Shown one piece after another: positions 50,785 to 63,545 of a stretch of 64,000 nt of DNA (its first letter is position 1; every line of letters starts with the position of its first letter). Both the position numbers and the translations under genes were made by a program. The stretch comes from Octopus vulgaris (Eukaryota), in the NCBI GenBank assembly GCA_951406725.2, contig OX597817.1, positions 122,822,001 to 122,886,000 on the forward strand, written 5' to 3'. The notes under the pieces are model-generated. The model was not told the origin of the DNA. It ran no database searches and saw nothing but the letters and a program-made list of their open reading frames with translations.

Positions 50785-51070
50785 TCATCATCTTTATTTA
50801 ACGTCCGTTTTCCATGCTGGCATGGGTTGGACAGTTTGACCAGAACTGGCAAGCAGGAGAGTTGCACCAAGCTCCAATGTGATTTGGCATGTTCTCTACA
50901 CCTGGATGCTCTTCCTAATGCCAACCACTTTATGGAGTGTGCTGGGTGCCCTTTTATGAGGCATTGGCAAGGGTACTTTTTTGTGGAGCTGGCAAGGCTG
51001 CTATCGTGTGATGCTGGCATGGGTACTTTTCGATGTGGCACCAGTATAGGTGCTTTTCGATGTGGCACCT
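50785..51070 (-). mobile_element. RTE 3'UTR copy (family C), older
   Basis: TTTAACGTCCGTTTTCCATGCTGGCATGGGTTGGAC..CTGGATGCTCTTCCTAATGCCAACCAC. Confidence 0.8.
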
Positions 51071-52194
51071 GTACACAGGTCTAGCAGGTCAATCCTCTTC
51101 AGGAGAGGGAGTGGCATTGACATTTCTGCTATGGGGGATCAGTCTTCTCAAGTACAGCAAAGTGCCAGGATGCTACAAGCTAATTGTAAACGAATACCAC
51201 CTTCATACAAACAGTGTCATTTAGTTGCAATTTTCCTTGAAACTATTCCCAGCCTATTTCCTCTAGTTCTTCATATTTTGGTGGAGGCACGTGGATTAGT
51301 GGTTAGGGTGTTGGACTCATGATTATAAACCTGGGTGATGTGCTGTGTTCTTGAGCAAAACACTTCATTTCACATTGCTCTAGTGGAGAATACATACACC
51401 TGAGAAACTAGGAAACCAGCCCTATGCTTCTTATGAAGTAATGTAGACTAACCAACCTTCATACTTGAAGGACTTCGAAAATTATTACCTTGGTTGAAGA
51501 CAGGTGGGGGGATGGGGACAGGAGAGAACACCCAGCTATGGAAAAATCTGCCTTAATAAATCTTGACTGGCCCACACAAGCATGAGAAAAAGTGGATGTT
51601 AAAGATGAGGATGATGATGATGGTGGTAGTGGTGGTGGTGTTAATGATGATGACAATGACAGCAATGATGATAATGTCGGGGATAATGATAATGCTGATG
51701 ATAATGAAGATGATAATGATAATATCGATGATAATGATGATACTGATGATAATGATGTTTTTGGTGATGTGAACTTGTCAACAGGTATGCAAGATTTCCC
51801 ATGGACAGCCATTCTACAACTCTTCTGTTATGACCTGGAGAATTTATAACATGGTGGACTGGGTTGAGAAAAAGAACCCTCGTGGACATCTATCTGCATG
51901 TTAAATATATTCCTATTACCGTTAAGCCGTGGTTGTGGCTTGCACATTACACTAAATAAACTAACAAAACATTTTATTGAAACACACCAATCCCTTACAA
52001 CACACTGAGGGAACATTTATGCAGTCACTCAGTTTGCTAGAAACAGTAGTAAAACCTCTCGAAAGAAAGGACATGTTGGATAATGGCTATCTTTGGTGTA
52101 CTCTGCTTCAGGAAATGATGTGAGGGGCATGGCTAGATCACTTTGATCATAGTTCGCTTTGATTAAGGCTAACCTGGAATTAAGTAGCAGCAGT

Positions 52195-52231
<37 letters not shown>

Positions 52232-53109
52232 CCATCATCATCAGCAATAACAACTTCAACAAATGCAACAATAATCTCTCTATTTGAATGCATTATGTTC
52301 AGATTGAATCACTTAGCAAAAATGTAAAGAAATGAAATATCTATAGATATAAACTTCACCGAAGGAAATACCTGAGCTTGTCTTTCATTTCTCTTGTTGA
52401 GAAAACATGAAAACAAAATTATAGTTTCCATTATTACTTGTTATATAATCCATTACTTACCACACATCCATTACCTATTATTCATTACACATCCATTACT
52501 TTAAACATATTAATACTAATTGAATTTTATACATTCATCGTTCATTTTATATGTTCATCATCAAAGTCCGTAACTTACTGCTGAAACATACTCAGCGCGA
52601 TTTCCTCTTGTTTCATGCCATTATTTTAACAGGTAACATATTATTACCAATAACATATTATTGATATGTTCTTCAGCTAGCAGAGGTCAGCTCTGATCAA
52701 GCTGACCTATGGTCAAACATATTTCAGCTAAGGTTATCCTATCTTTTTTTTATCTTTTTTTTCTCTCTCTTTCTTTTTCAAAGACAATGTGGTTTGAATT
52801 AAGGGAGATTTGGTTACTATTTCTTACAGGCTGAGCAACCACAATGGACTACTATAGTTGAGTGAGTTAATAACTAAATTTCTGCTACACATTTGGTATA
52901 GGCATCAATAGTAGTAGTAGAAGTAGTGGTGGTGGTGGTGGTGGTGGTGGTGGTTATGGTGGTAGTGGTGTTGGCGGTAGTGCTGGTGGTGGTAGCACAA
53001 CTGCATGAACTGTATTAGAAGCAACAGTACTAATTCATCCACTGGTCAGACTGATTTATGACTAAAGACATTCTGGACATGGCTATCCTGTGTTTTCAGG
53101 ATTTTTTTT

Positions 53110-53420
53110 TCATTCTCTACAGATCTTGCATGAAACACACAATGGAATATTGCTCTCGCATCTGAGATGATGGGACAGTTTCATGCACAAACATCCAAAA
53201 CCAAACTAGATATGGCCCCCTTGAATGATTAGAATAAAGTCAATCACAAACTCTAACGTCTATCCCACAAGTGAGTGGTCTTCTCTCTTTGCTTTTCTAC
53301 CACCACAATAATGAACTCTGATACTCGGAGTTGGCTGCTCTCTTTCTGCATACACTCAGGCTTTCCTATGCCATTTATCTCTCCTCCTCTCATTACCCTT
53401 GTTGTGTCCAAGACTTCAGG
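53110..53420 (+). mobile_element. Highly decayed CR1/Zenon-like LINE ORF fragment
   Basis: LYRSCMKHTMEYCSRI*D resembles LYK.QVRP.MEYCSHIWD; later SL..FY..SELAA. Confidence 0.5.
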
Positions 53421-53561
53421 TCCTGTGCTAGTCAATATTGTCAGTACTTCCTTTGCAGTATGTTGGCTCTTCGGAATTCGTACTTTCTATGTGTTTAACC
53501 TTGTAGTATTTAAACTGGTTATATTAAGCCCACATATTTTTTCTGTGTTATGTTCAAACTA

Positions 53562-53726
53562 TAGGTGCAGGAGTGGCTGTGTTTTAAGTAGCTTGCTTAC
53601 CAACCACATGGTTCTGGGTTCAGTCCCACTGCGTGGCACCTTGGGCAAGTGTCTTCTACGATAGCCTCGGGTTGACCAAAGCCTTGTGAGTGGATTTGGT
53701 AGACGGAAACTGAAAGAAGCCCATCG

Positions 53727-53759
<33 letters not shown>

Positions 53760-53767
53760 ATGTATAT

Positions 53768-53801
<34 letters not shown>

Positions 53802-54274
53802 TGTGTCTGTGTTTGTTTCCCCAACATTGCTTGACAACCGATGCTGGTGTGTTTACATCCCCATAACATAGCGGTTCGGCAAAAGAGACCGATAGAATAA
53901 GTACTAGGCTTACAAAGAATAATGTGTAATCATTGTCAGAGCGACTACCTGGTGTTTGTGCCAGTGACATGTAAAAAGCACCATTCGAGCATGATTGTTA
54001 CTAGCGTCACCTTACTGGCACTTGTGCCGGTGTGCAGATGACACGTAAAAAAAACATGATTTTTCTGTGACCATTGCCAGTACTGTCCAACTGGCCCTCG
54101 TGCCGGTGGCACATAAAAAGCATCCACTACACTCTTGGATTGAGTGGCATTAGGAAGGACATCCAGCTATAGAAACTCTGCCAAATCAAGATTGGAGCCT
54201 AGTGCAGCCATCTGGTTCACCAGTCCTCAGTCAAATCGTCCAACCCATGCTAGTATGGAAAGCGGACGGTAAAC

Positions 54275-54306
<32 letters not shown>
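53562..54306 (+). mobile_element. SINE B (53562-53920, 3' truncated) followed by an RTE 3'UTR copy (53945-54306)
   Basis: Matches to families B and C. Confidence 0.88.
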
Positions 54307-54307
<1 letters not shown>

Positions 54308-56029
54308 CTATGTAAAGTTACTTCCTGGGTCATATAGACTTACAGGGCTGATTTATTAACTTCCATGGTGTATAAATTCCACCCCTGGATGGGACACCTG
54401 TCTGTCACAGGACTACTCATTTTTGCCAGTTGAGTGTTTTCAATGCTGGCATGGTCTGGACAGTTTGACCAGATCAGGCAAGCTGTACCAGACTCTAGTC
54501 TGATTTGGCTTGGTTTCAACAGCTGGATGCTTTTCCTAACACTATGAAAAGAAGTGTTTTACTCAAGAACACAATGTGTTGACCAGTCCAGGAATAGAAA
54601 CCACAATCTTACGATCATGAGTCCAACACCCTAACCACTAAGCTATGTGCCTCCATTGACTCTATATAGGTCAACCATTTTCTGAAAAATAATGGAAAGA
54701 TATATTTTCTTTCTAAAGAATTTTAGTTGAAATTGAAAAGTTCTTGATCCTCATCTTCCTATAGGTTAAGTTTTCTTCTCTCACCAGTTTTTGTTTGCAA
54801 CTAGATATATATCATCATTGAAATCTGTATCTAAATTGTTGTTAGATTCAACACTTGCAACAGTTATTACAATTACAGTTCAGAGAATTCCATGAGAAAA
54901 GAACAATGTAATTTTACTTTATTTTATTTCTACCTTATATTATCTATAACATGTACGAGAGACAAATTTTGAATATGTAGATATCTGAAGAAATTATAAT
55001 TGGTATTACTGGAAGAGATAAATAAGTTCATTTCTTCTTTGAAGTGTCTGGATTGATTCAGAGAAGGTAAAATATAGCCTTGCTTTGCACTAAAATAAAA
55101 TACATTGTAGTATTTTAGTATATAATATTAAGTTTCAAATTGTTTCTACTATAATTGAAACTGTAAAGGGATTGAGTCTGTAAATATGATTTTTATATAA
55201 ATTATGAAAATACAAAAAAAAAAACCCCAAAAAATGAATATAAACACATTTGAGAAATGCTTTAGCACCTTTCAACCAGAGAAATTGCAGGCAATCATTT
55301 CTTTTCGATGTTGTGTTTTTATATATAGATTTTATTTCAAAGAAATGCAAACTATATAATAATTTGTTGATCTCATACAAAAAAAGAAAAAATGTAGTTT
55401 ATTTTTATGTTTTGATAAATTTTCCATGTTAGCAGATTTAGTGATGATAATTTTGAGAAACTTTCTGAAATACCAATTATCTTGCAAGTTTGTTAGTTAT
55501 TTAACAAGAGGCATGGTTAAATATAAAGAATAAAGGAAAATATAAAGAATATGAGGAACATGGGAAAAATGTATATCGCATCGCAGAGAATGACTTTCAG
55601 AGTTATTTATTATATCTTATATTATATTTGGTGAGTAATAGCATTATTGGCTATAGTTTCCAATAGACCTAATGGTAGTGGCAGTGGCTGTGGGAGTCCT
55701 TATCATGTGAATGATTATAAGCAATTAGGTAAGAAGCTGGATTTATGGACAAAAATGACTACACAAATAAATATGAATTTCCATACCTTTATTATATTTA
55801 CCTGTTTATATCTTACAATGTGTATATATCTATAATGCTGAAAAACATTTCTGCATGTTTGTAGGTAATGATTGAAGATATACAGTATAGAAAAATGTAG
55901 AAAATGCTCTAGTTATATTAATTATGTTGCAGGAGTTCTACATTATTACAGAAATAAGAGAAAATAAAGCAGATAATTAGGTAGATGGATATTAGCATTA
56001 AAACATAAGGTTAACTTAACCTATACTTT

Positions 56030-56420
56030 TTTACTCTTTTACGCTTTTATTTGTTTCAGTCATTTGACTGTGGCCATGCTGGAGCACCGCCTTTTAGTCG
56101 AGCAAATCGACTCAAGGACTTATTCATTGTAAGCCTAGTACTTATTCTATCGGTCGCTTTTGCCAAACCGCTAAGTTACGGCGATGTAAATACACCAGCA
56201 TCGGTTGTCAAGCGATGTTGGGGGGACAAACATAGACACACAAACATACACACACATACACACATATATATATACATATATATGATGGGCTTCTTTCAGT
56301 TTCTGTCTACTATATCCACTCACAAGGCTTTGGTCAACCTGAGGCTATAGAGGAAGACACTTGCCCAGGGTGCCATGCAGTGGGACTGAACCCGGAACCA
56401 TGTGGTTCGTAAGCAAGCTA
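56030..56420 (-). mobile_element. SINE family B
   Basis: Reverse-complement match. Confidence 0.9.
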
Positions 56421-57396
56421 CAACATATTTTCTCAGATTAATGTTTAAGGGTGAGTAGAAAGAGATGGGACTACAACACTAGAAGCAAAGTGATAAAGTT
56501 CCATATGGAATTTGAGTTGAGTCTAGCATGGAGTGCAGTTTACCGGTTTATATAACTCTGAGCAAAACTTGCCAAAATCTTTGAAGAGTAAATTGCCAGG
56601 ATGTTTAATTAGCCCTACTTTGATGTTTGTTGTTCTTAGCTGAGATAAGTCAGTGTTGATAAACTGGTAAGCATTTACATGGGTGTTCTATTCTTTCAAG
56701 GAGTAGGCTATTCTTTTTATGGCTATAATGAATAGGCTATGGTTCAAAGCTAGAAATCCAGGTGAGATGATTCAAATTGAGGCAGAGACCAACTACAGGT
56801 TAATTACTGATTTGTGGCAATTTTTATCACAACAGTAACAAGTGTGAGTATGTCAGAAGGATAGGACTGGATGTTTGCTGTAAAGGAAGCACATGGCTAC
56901 TCCAGATAGAAAAGGAGAGAAGAAAATGGTAATGATGAGGTATCAGGACAAGATTTAAATATGGACTTTATTTCAGTTTCAGATCTTGAGATTTCATCTT
57001 CTTTACGTGCCATGCCTAAGAGTATAGGCAATCATGAACCTGCAGTTCCTCTTGTTCTGAAATAAACTTAGTATGCTATTGGGTTGGCCTTTCTGTAGCC
57101 ATGTGATAAGGTCAACAACTACTTATATCACATTCCCTGGATTCTACTTTCAGTTTTCCAACATTTACTTCTCTAATGAACCTAACCTATTGCATCCTTA
57201 TATTAAGAATTTTCTGGTGTTTTCTGCTCATTTATTCTTGTGTCTTCAGTATATTTTAAGAATCACATCTTTGTAGCAATGATAAATTTCTGCCCATGTT
57301 TACTGATATTCCAATTGACACATCCATATTTAAGGATGGGTTCTATGTCTTTCTTTAGGAGACTTTTCATCAATTGATATCTGTTTATTATTTAAC

Positions 57397-58015
57397 AGGC
57401 ACGTAAAAAGCACCCACTACACTCACGGAGTGGTTGGCGTTAGGAAGGGCATCCAGCTGTAGAAACATTGCCAGATAAGACTGGAGCCTGGTGCAGCCTT
57501 CTGGCTTCCCAGATCCCCGGTCGAACCGTCCAACCCATGCTAGCATGGAGAACGGACGTTAAATGATGATGATGATGATGATGATGATGAGGCATGGTTG
57601 TGTAGTAACAAGTTTGCTTTCCAATCACGTGATTCTGGATTCAGTCCCACTGCATGGCACTTATAAGTGTCTTCTAACATAGCTAAAGGCAGACCAAATC
57701 CTTGTGAGTGGATTTGGTAGATGGAAACTGAAGAAACCCCATCATACATATGTCTGTGTTTATATGTGCATGTGTGTGTGTTTGTGTGTGTATGCATGTG
57801 CATGCATGTGTGTGTGTGTATGTGTATCTGTCTTTGCTTCTGTATTTGTCCCCCACCATTGCTTCAAAGCTGGTGCTGGTTTGTTTACTTCCCCAAAACT
57901 TACCAGTTCAGCTGACTTTAAAATAGTAAGTACTGGGATCAGTCTTTTTGATTAAACCCTTCAAGGCAGTGCCCCAGCATGGCCACAGTCCAATCTCTGG
58001 AATAAGTAAAAGATA
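57397..58015 (+). mobile_element. Young RTE 3'UTR copy (57397-57589) abutting an older SINE B (57590-58015)
   Basis: Matches to families C and B. Confidence 0.85.
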
Positions 58016-58555
58016 AGAAATCAAAGATGTTTTTGATCACAACAAAAGCATCTTTGGTCAGGCCAATGTAGTTTTCTATACAGGCTGAATGGTCTTCAAT
58101 AAAAGAGTGTTCAGATGACTTACTATGACTCATCAATTGACAATCTCCACTTTTCACAGATCTATGCAACCATTTAGAGCAGCGCTATTAATGTAAACAC
58201 AACAACAATTAGACGAACCAAAAAACAATGAAAAAGAAATTGGAATGTAAAACACTAATGTGATAACCATTAGGTGGTTAAGGGACTTGCTAGAAATAGC
58301 AGCAAGCAGATTTCACTCAACTCATTCTCTATCATCTTAAAAAAATGGGAGAATACATTATATAATGAATTCATAGATATCTCTAGGCAGGATGGCCATT
58401 GTTGGAATGCTTTTGATCGTAGGTCTCTGTTTGATAAGAGTTGGCCAGCAAGAATAAACTACAATTTTACAACAACCACTGCCTGTAAAATATCTGCAGC
58501 AGGAATTGATTCATCTGTGTTTCAATAAGAAGTTCTGTATGGATAAAATATAAAT

Positions 58556-58840
58556 AATTGGAGCGTGGAAGCTGTTTATAAGCCATTTAAGAAACACACA
58601 AAAACCGTTAGATTCACTTCAACATTTAAATTTAATTTGCCAAAATATTTTCGTTGCTTTGAGACCGCGACCTGTTCACTGACAAAATTCTGTGTTGCAG
58701 CAAATTAAATTTAAATGTTGAAGTGAATCTAACGGTTTTTGTGTTTCTTAAATGGCTTATAAACACCATCCATGCTGCAATTGTTTTCGTTCCAGCACAC
58801 GATCTCAGATCAGGTCACTTGCTATGCAAGTACATCTCCA
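58556..58840 (-). mobile_element. Penelope-like fold-back element with central hammerhead variant
   Basis: ~83 bp arms 58556-58639 / 58701-58782 around a ~60 bp centre. Confidence 0.7.
58636..58686 (-). ncRNA. Minimal hammerhead ribozyme variant with G3:C8 core
   Basis: Minus strand UUUGUCA-GUGAACA-G-GUCGC-ggucucaaa-GCAAC-GAAA-AUAU-UU-UGGCAAA. Confidence 0.6.
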
Positions 58841-59164
58841 TAAAATACAAATAATCTGTGAGAAACACATTTGTGACATATGACATTGTGACAAAGAGTT
58901 GACTTATGTATTTTGTGTCACTTACAATGGACATTCGTCAGAGACTTTTTGAAGAAGCTAATCCAAAATAATCCAAATTCTTTTTCTTTATCGTTTGTGT
59001 TATTCTTTTGAACAGGGTGGGGTCTGTGTGAGTGACCAGGAAGATGTGTAAATGTGTGTATGTGCGAGTGTGCATTTATGTGTGTGCGTATGTGTGCATG
59101 TGTATAGTTGTGTTTATGTGCATGTTGTGTTGACAAAGATATATGGTGTTACAGGTAGCTAATA

Positions 59165-59380
59165 TCCTTCCTACTGAAGACACAAGGCCTAGAATTTTGG
59201 GGGATGGAACTATTTGATGGCATCGACCCCAGTGTTTCACTGGTACTTATTTTATCAACTCTAAAAGGATGAAAGGCAAAGCTGACCTTAGTGGAATTTG
59301 AACTCAGAATGTAAGGATGGATGAAAAGCTGCTAAGCATTTTGCCTGGCATATTAACGATTCTGCCAGCTTGCCACCTTA
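59165..59380 (-). mobile_element. SINE family A
   Basis: Reverse-complement match to 60163-60393. Confidence 0.88.
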
Positions 59381-59689
59381 CAGATAGATAATATTGACTT
59401 GATAAGAGTGTACTTCCACCAGTGAATTATTTCATTTGATCTTGGTCCACCATGGTTGAGTGAGGAAGGGGACTTAGAACTCTACTGTACAATCTACCAT
59501 ACTTGGCCATTACATTCAGGAAGAGAGCACCGGTTAATTAAATCAATATATGGCTACTTGATTGGTACTTTATTTTATTGGCCCTTGAATAATGAAACAC
59601 AAAGTTGCATAGCAAGTGACCTGATCTGAGATCGTGTGCTGGAACGAAAACAATTGCAGCATGGATGGTGTTTATAAGCCATCAGATAA

Positions 59690-60900
59690 GCATGCAGATG
59701 ACCTTGTTCTGATGAGTGAGACAATGGAGGGATTGAGGGAGAAGTTTCAGAAATGGAAGGGTTTGAAGGTTAACCTCCGGAAGATAAAGGTGATGGGGAG
59801 TGGGGTGGAAGGAGAAGTATTAGTGAGTAAGGTAGATCCATTTGGTGCATGTGAGTGGAGGGTAATGGCAAATGCACTGTTGCTAGCAAAATGTAGGAAA
59901 CGGTTTCGTGGTTGACGTTTGAAAATGAAGAAGGTGATCCCAAGACTGGCAAGGGATTTTATTTGTGGAAGATGACAGAAAGGAGCTGGAGGGCTGGCAG
60001 AACCAGTGGAAACATTATGTGATGAGCTGGTTTTGAGAAGCTTTTGTTATTTGGGAGATAGGGTGGATAGATGTAAGTGGTGGATGTGAAGCAGCTGTGA
60101 CAGCAAAAGCGAGACTTGGCAGGGTGAAGCTCAGGGAATGTGGAGCATTGTTATATGGGAAAGGTGGCAAGCTGGCAGAAACGTTAGCATGTTGGGCGAA
60201 ATGCATAGCCGTATTTCGTCTGCTGTTACGTTCTGGGTTCAAATTCCGCCAAGGTCCACTTTGCCTTTCATCCTTTTGGGTTCGATAAATAAAGTACCAG
60301 TTTCACACTGGGGTCGATGTAATCGACTTAATCCGTTTGTCTGTCCTTGTTTGTCCCCTCTATGTTTAGCCCCTTGTGGGCAGTAAAGAAATATATATGG
60401 GAAAATTTTCTTGAAGATGAAAAGAAGGGTTTATCAGAGTTGTGTGAGATCTACAATGCTGTGTAGGAGTGAGACATGGAGTCTGGGGGAAAGCGAAATG
60501 ACAATTTTGAGAAGGACTAAGAGAGCAATGGTGAGGGCAATGTGTGGTGTGTAACTATTGGATAAAAGGAGGGCTGAGGACTTGATGGGGATGCTGGGGT
60601 TAGAGGAATTGGTGGAACAGCTGGCATGGGTAAATGGGGTGCAGTGGTACGAACATCTGTTGAGGAGGGATGAGGATCGTGTTCTGAGGGGAGTGCTTTA
60701 GTTTAAAGTGAATGAACTGTGAAAGCGAGATTGACCAAAGAAAATGTGGAGGGGACAGGTGGAGGAGGAGATTGGGAGGGTTGGCTTGAGGGGGGAGGAT
60801 GCCCAAAATCGGGTGGGGTGGTGAGACAGTGAGATTGTGTAAGAGCAGTAGATCTGGCCACCCCTGTTAATGGGGACAAAACCAGATTTAAAATATTGGA
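59690..60900 (+). mobile_element. RTE-clade LINE 3' half, decayed, interrupted by SINE A
   Basis: HADDLVLMSET..GLKVNLRKIKVM..FCYLGD..GGCEAAVTAK..YQSCVRSTMLCRSETW..MVRAMCGV..WYEHLLRR. Confidence 0.9.
60163..60393 (+). mobile_element. Young SINE family A with 11 bp TSD
   Basis: TATATGGGAAA at 60152-60162 and 60394-60404. Confidence 0.93.
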
Positions 60901-61419
60901 TATTGACATCGAATATGTCTGTAAAAGAAAGCTGCATCTTTACAATGAAATTTTAAACTATAATGTTTCCTGCTGAGCAAATGAGGAAGACCCTATTTGG
61001 TTGCTCAGCATGTTAGAAATAGTAATCACATCTTGAAGTTGAACTCTATAGTCTTAAAAATATGGACATATTTGGCAACGTATTCCTAGAGACATAATGT
61101 CTGCAAAAGACTGCTACAACTATAAACATTGTTGAACAAATGGAAAAACTTTTAACCTTTTAGCATTCAACTTCATATGTCAAATGTAATGCTTACTCAA
61201 GCATTATTTTGTAACTTTGAGATTTTGATAATGAGGCTATTTTTAGAATGGCATTGTAGGTAGGTGTAAGAGGCAAGATCTGACTAGCTTGAACCTATAA
61301 GAGTGAAGACATTTTGGCCAGATAATTGATCACCCAACCTGTTAGAAATAGTAAATCAAACATGGCTGTCTTAAGAATAGTAATAGCTTAGTAATGTAGT
61401 CCTAGCTACATTATGTGTG

Positions 61420-61787
61420 TATACATACATACATACATGCATACATACATACATACATACATAAATGCATACATACATAAATACATACATACATACATAT
61501 ATACATACATACATGCATGCATACATACATATATACATACACACATACATAAATACATACATGCATACATACATAAATACATACATACATAAATACATAC
61601 ATACATAAATACATACATACATACATATATACATACATACATGCATGCATACATACATATATACATACATGCATACATACATACATACATATATACATAC
61701 ATACATACATACATACATACATACATACATACACACACACACATACATACATACATACATACATACATACATACATACATACATACA

Positions 61788-61817
<30 letters not shown>
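61420..61817. repeat. (CATA)n tetranucleotide microsatellite, ~400 bp
   Basis: Direct reading. Confidence 0.98.
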
Positions 61818-61818
<1 letters not shown>

Positions 61819-62040
61819 GGAATAAGTATAAAAATGAACATTGTCTATTTAATTAAAAAATTCTATATGTAATACCTACATTGTTTAATTAAATGAAGTA
61901 GCATGAAACGATTGTACTGCACTACCTTGGATATCCTTGTTGCTTATTTTGATTATAATCACCCCATTTGATTTATATGAATAATACCATACCAAATTCT
62001 GGTGCCTTTAACTTAAGGACCATATCTATCTGAATCTAAA

Positions 62041-62092
<52 letters not shown>

Positions 62093-62694
62093 TACACATA
62101 CACACACTCACAAACACACACACAAAATGAGTTTCTTTTAGCTTCTCTCCACCAAATCCACACACAGTTCTTTGGTCAACTCACTTGGATTCTGCTTATA
62201 GAACACCAATCTGCCACAGTCCTCTGCAAAAGGTATCCAACCAAATACAAGAGGTATCTACTGCTGAAAAGTATATTATGTTGTCTTATGTTAATGCACT
62301 TGAGACATTATGTTTTTCTGAAATTTCTAAATGTCTGCCATAAAATATTGTTAATAAGATTATGAATTTTTTGCACTATTAACTTCACTTTAACGATGTA
62401 AAAGTCTTTTAATATTTACATATAGATGTAAATATTAAAATGTCTATTCATCTATAAAAATGAGGTTAACAGTCCAAAAAAAAAAACAAGAAATAATGCT
62501 TTAGTGAATTTATTTTAAAGATGAAAGACAGCTATTAATATCTAACAGGTCAAATTACTACAGGGAAGCTGGCACACTTGTTCAGCTCATCTCATCTCTG
62601 TGTTGATAGTTTACTGATTTAAAGTACAACTATTAGATGTTGTTGTTTGTCCCTTGGTAAGTTCTGATTAAGCAGATGTACAACCAGATATATT

Positions 62695-62928
62695 CCACAT
62701 GGTTCCGGGTTCAGTCCCACTGCGTGGCACCTTGGGCAAGTGTCTTCTACTATAGCCTCGTGCCAACCAAAGCCTTGTGAGTGGATTTGGTAGACGGAAA
62801 CTGAAAGACGCCTGCCGTATATATGATGCTGGTGTGTTTACGTCCGCATAACTTAGCGGTTCGACTAAAGACAGTGGTCCAGCATGGCCACAGTCAAATG
62901 ACTGAAACAAGTAAAAGAGTAAAGAGAG
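62695..62928 (+). mobile_element. SINE family B, internally deleted
   Basis: Head and tail are joined with the microsatellite and two internal blocks missing. Confidence 0.85.
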
Positions 62929-63243
62929 TTATATTTTGTCAGAGTTTTTTGTAGAAATTGATGATTCAATGTATCCTTCTTTTTATAAGACAAATGGATA
63001 TGATTCGTGAGAGACTTAGGTATTCTGCTGAAGTTGACTTGGCTTTCCATACTTTCTGGGTTGATAAAATAATTACCAGTTGAGCACTAAAGTTGATGTA
63101 ATTGACTAGTCCCCCTCCCCCAAATTTCAGGTCTTGTGACTATAGTAGAAAGGATTATTTTTTAGAAGGGAAGGTGGGTATGGCTAAATATAAGCTCCAG
63201 TAATGGCATGTCTTCACCAATTGGCAGGATTCATAGAACCATT

Positions 63244-63545
63244 GTGGAGACACATGGCCTAGTGGTTAGAGCAGTGGACTCGTGGTAGAGGGATTGTGGG
63301 TTCGAATCTCAGACCGGGCGATGTGTGTGTTTATGAGCAAAACACCTAAGCTCCATGTGACTCCGGCAGAAGGTAATGGCAAACTTCTGCTGACTCTTTT
63401 GATACAACTTTCTCTCACTCTTTCCTCCTGCGTCTAGCAGCTCACCTGCGACGGACCGGCATCCTGTCCAGGTGGGAAACCTATACACCAAGGAAACTGG
63501 GAAACCAGCCCTTATGAGCCAGGCATGGCTCGAGAACAAACAATA
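63244..63545 (+). mobile_element. SINE family D (tail type 2)
   Basis: Colinear with 46835-47130. Confidence 0.88.
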
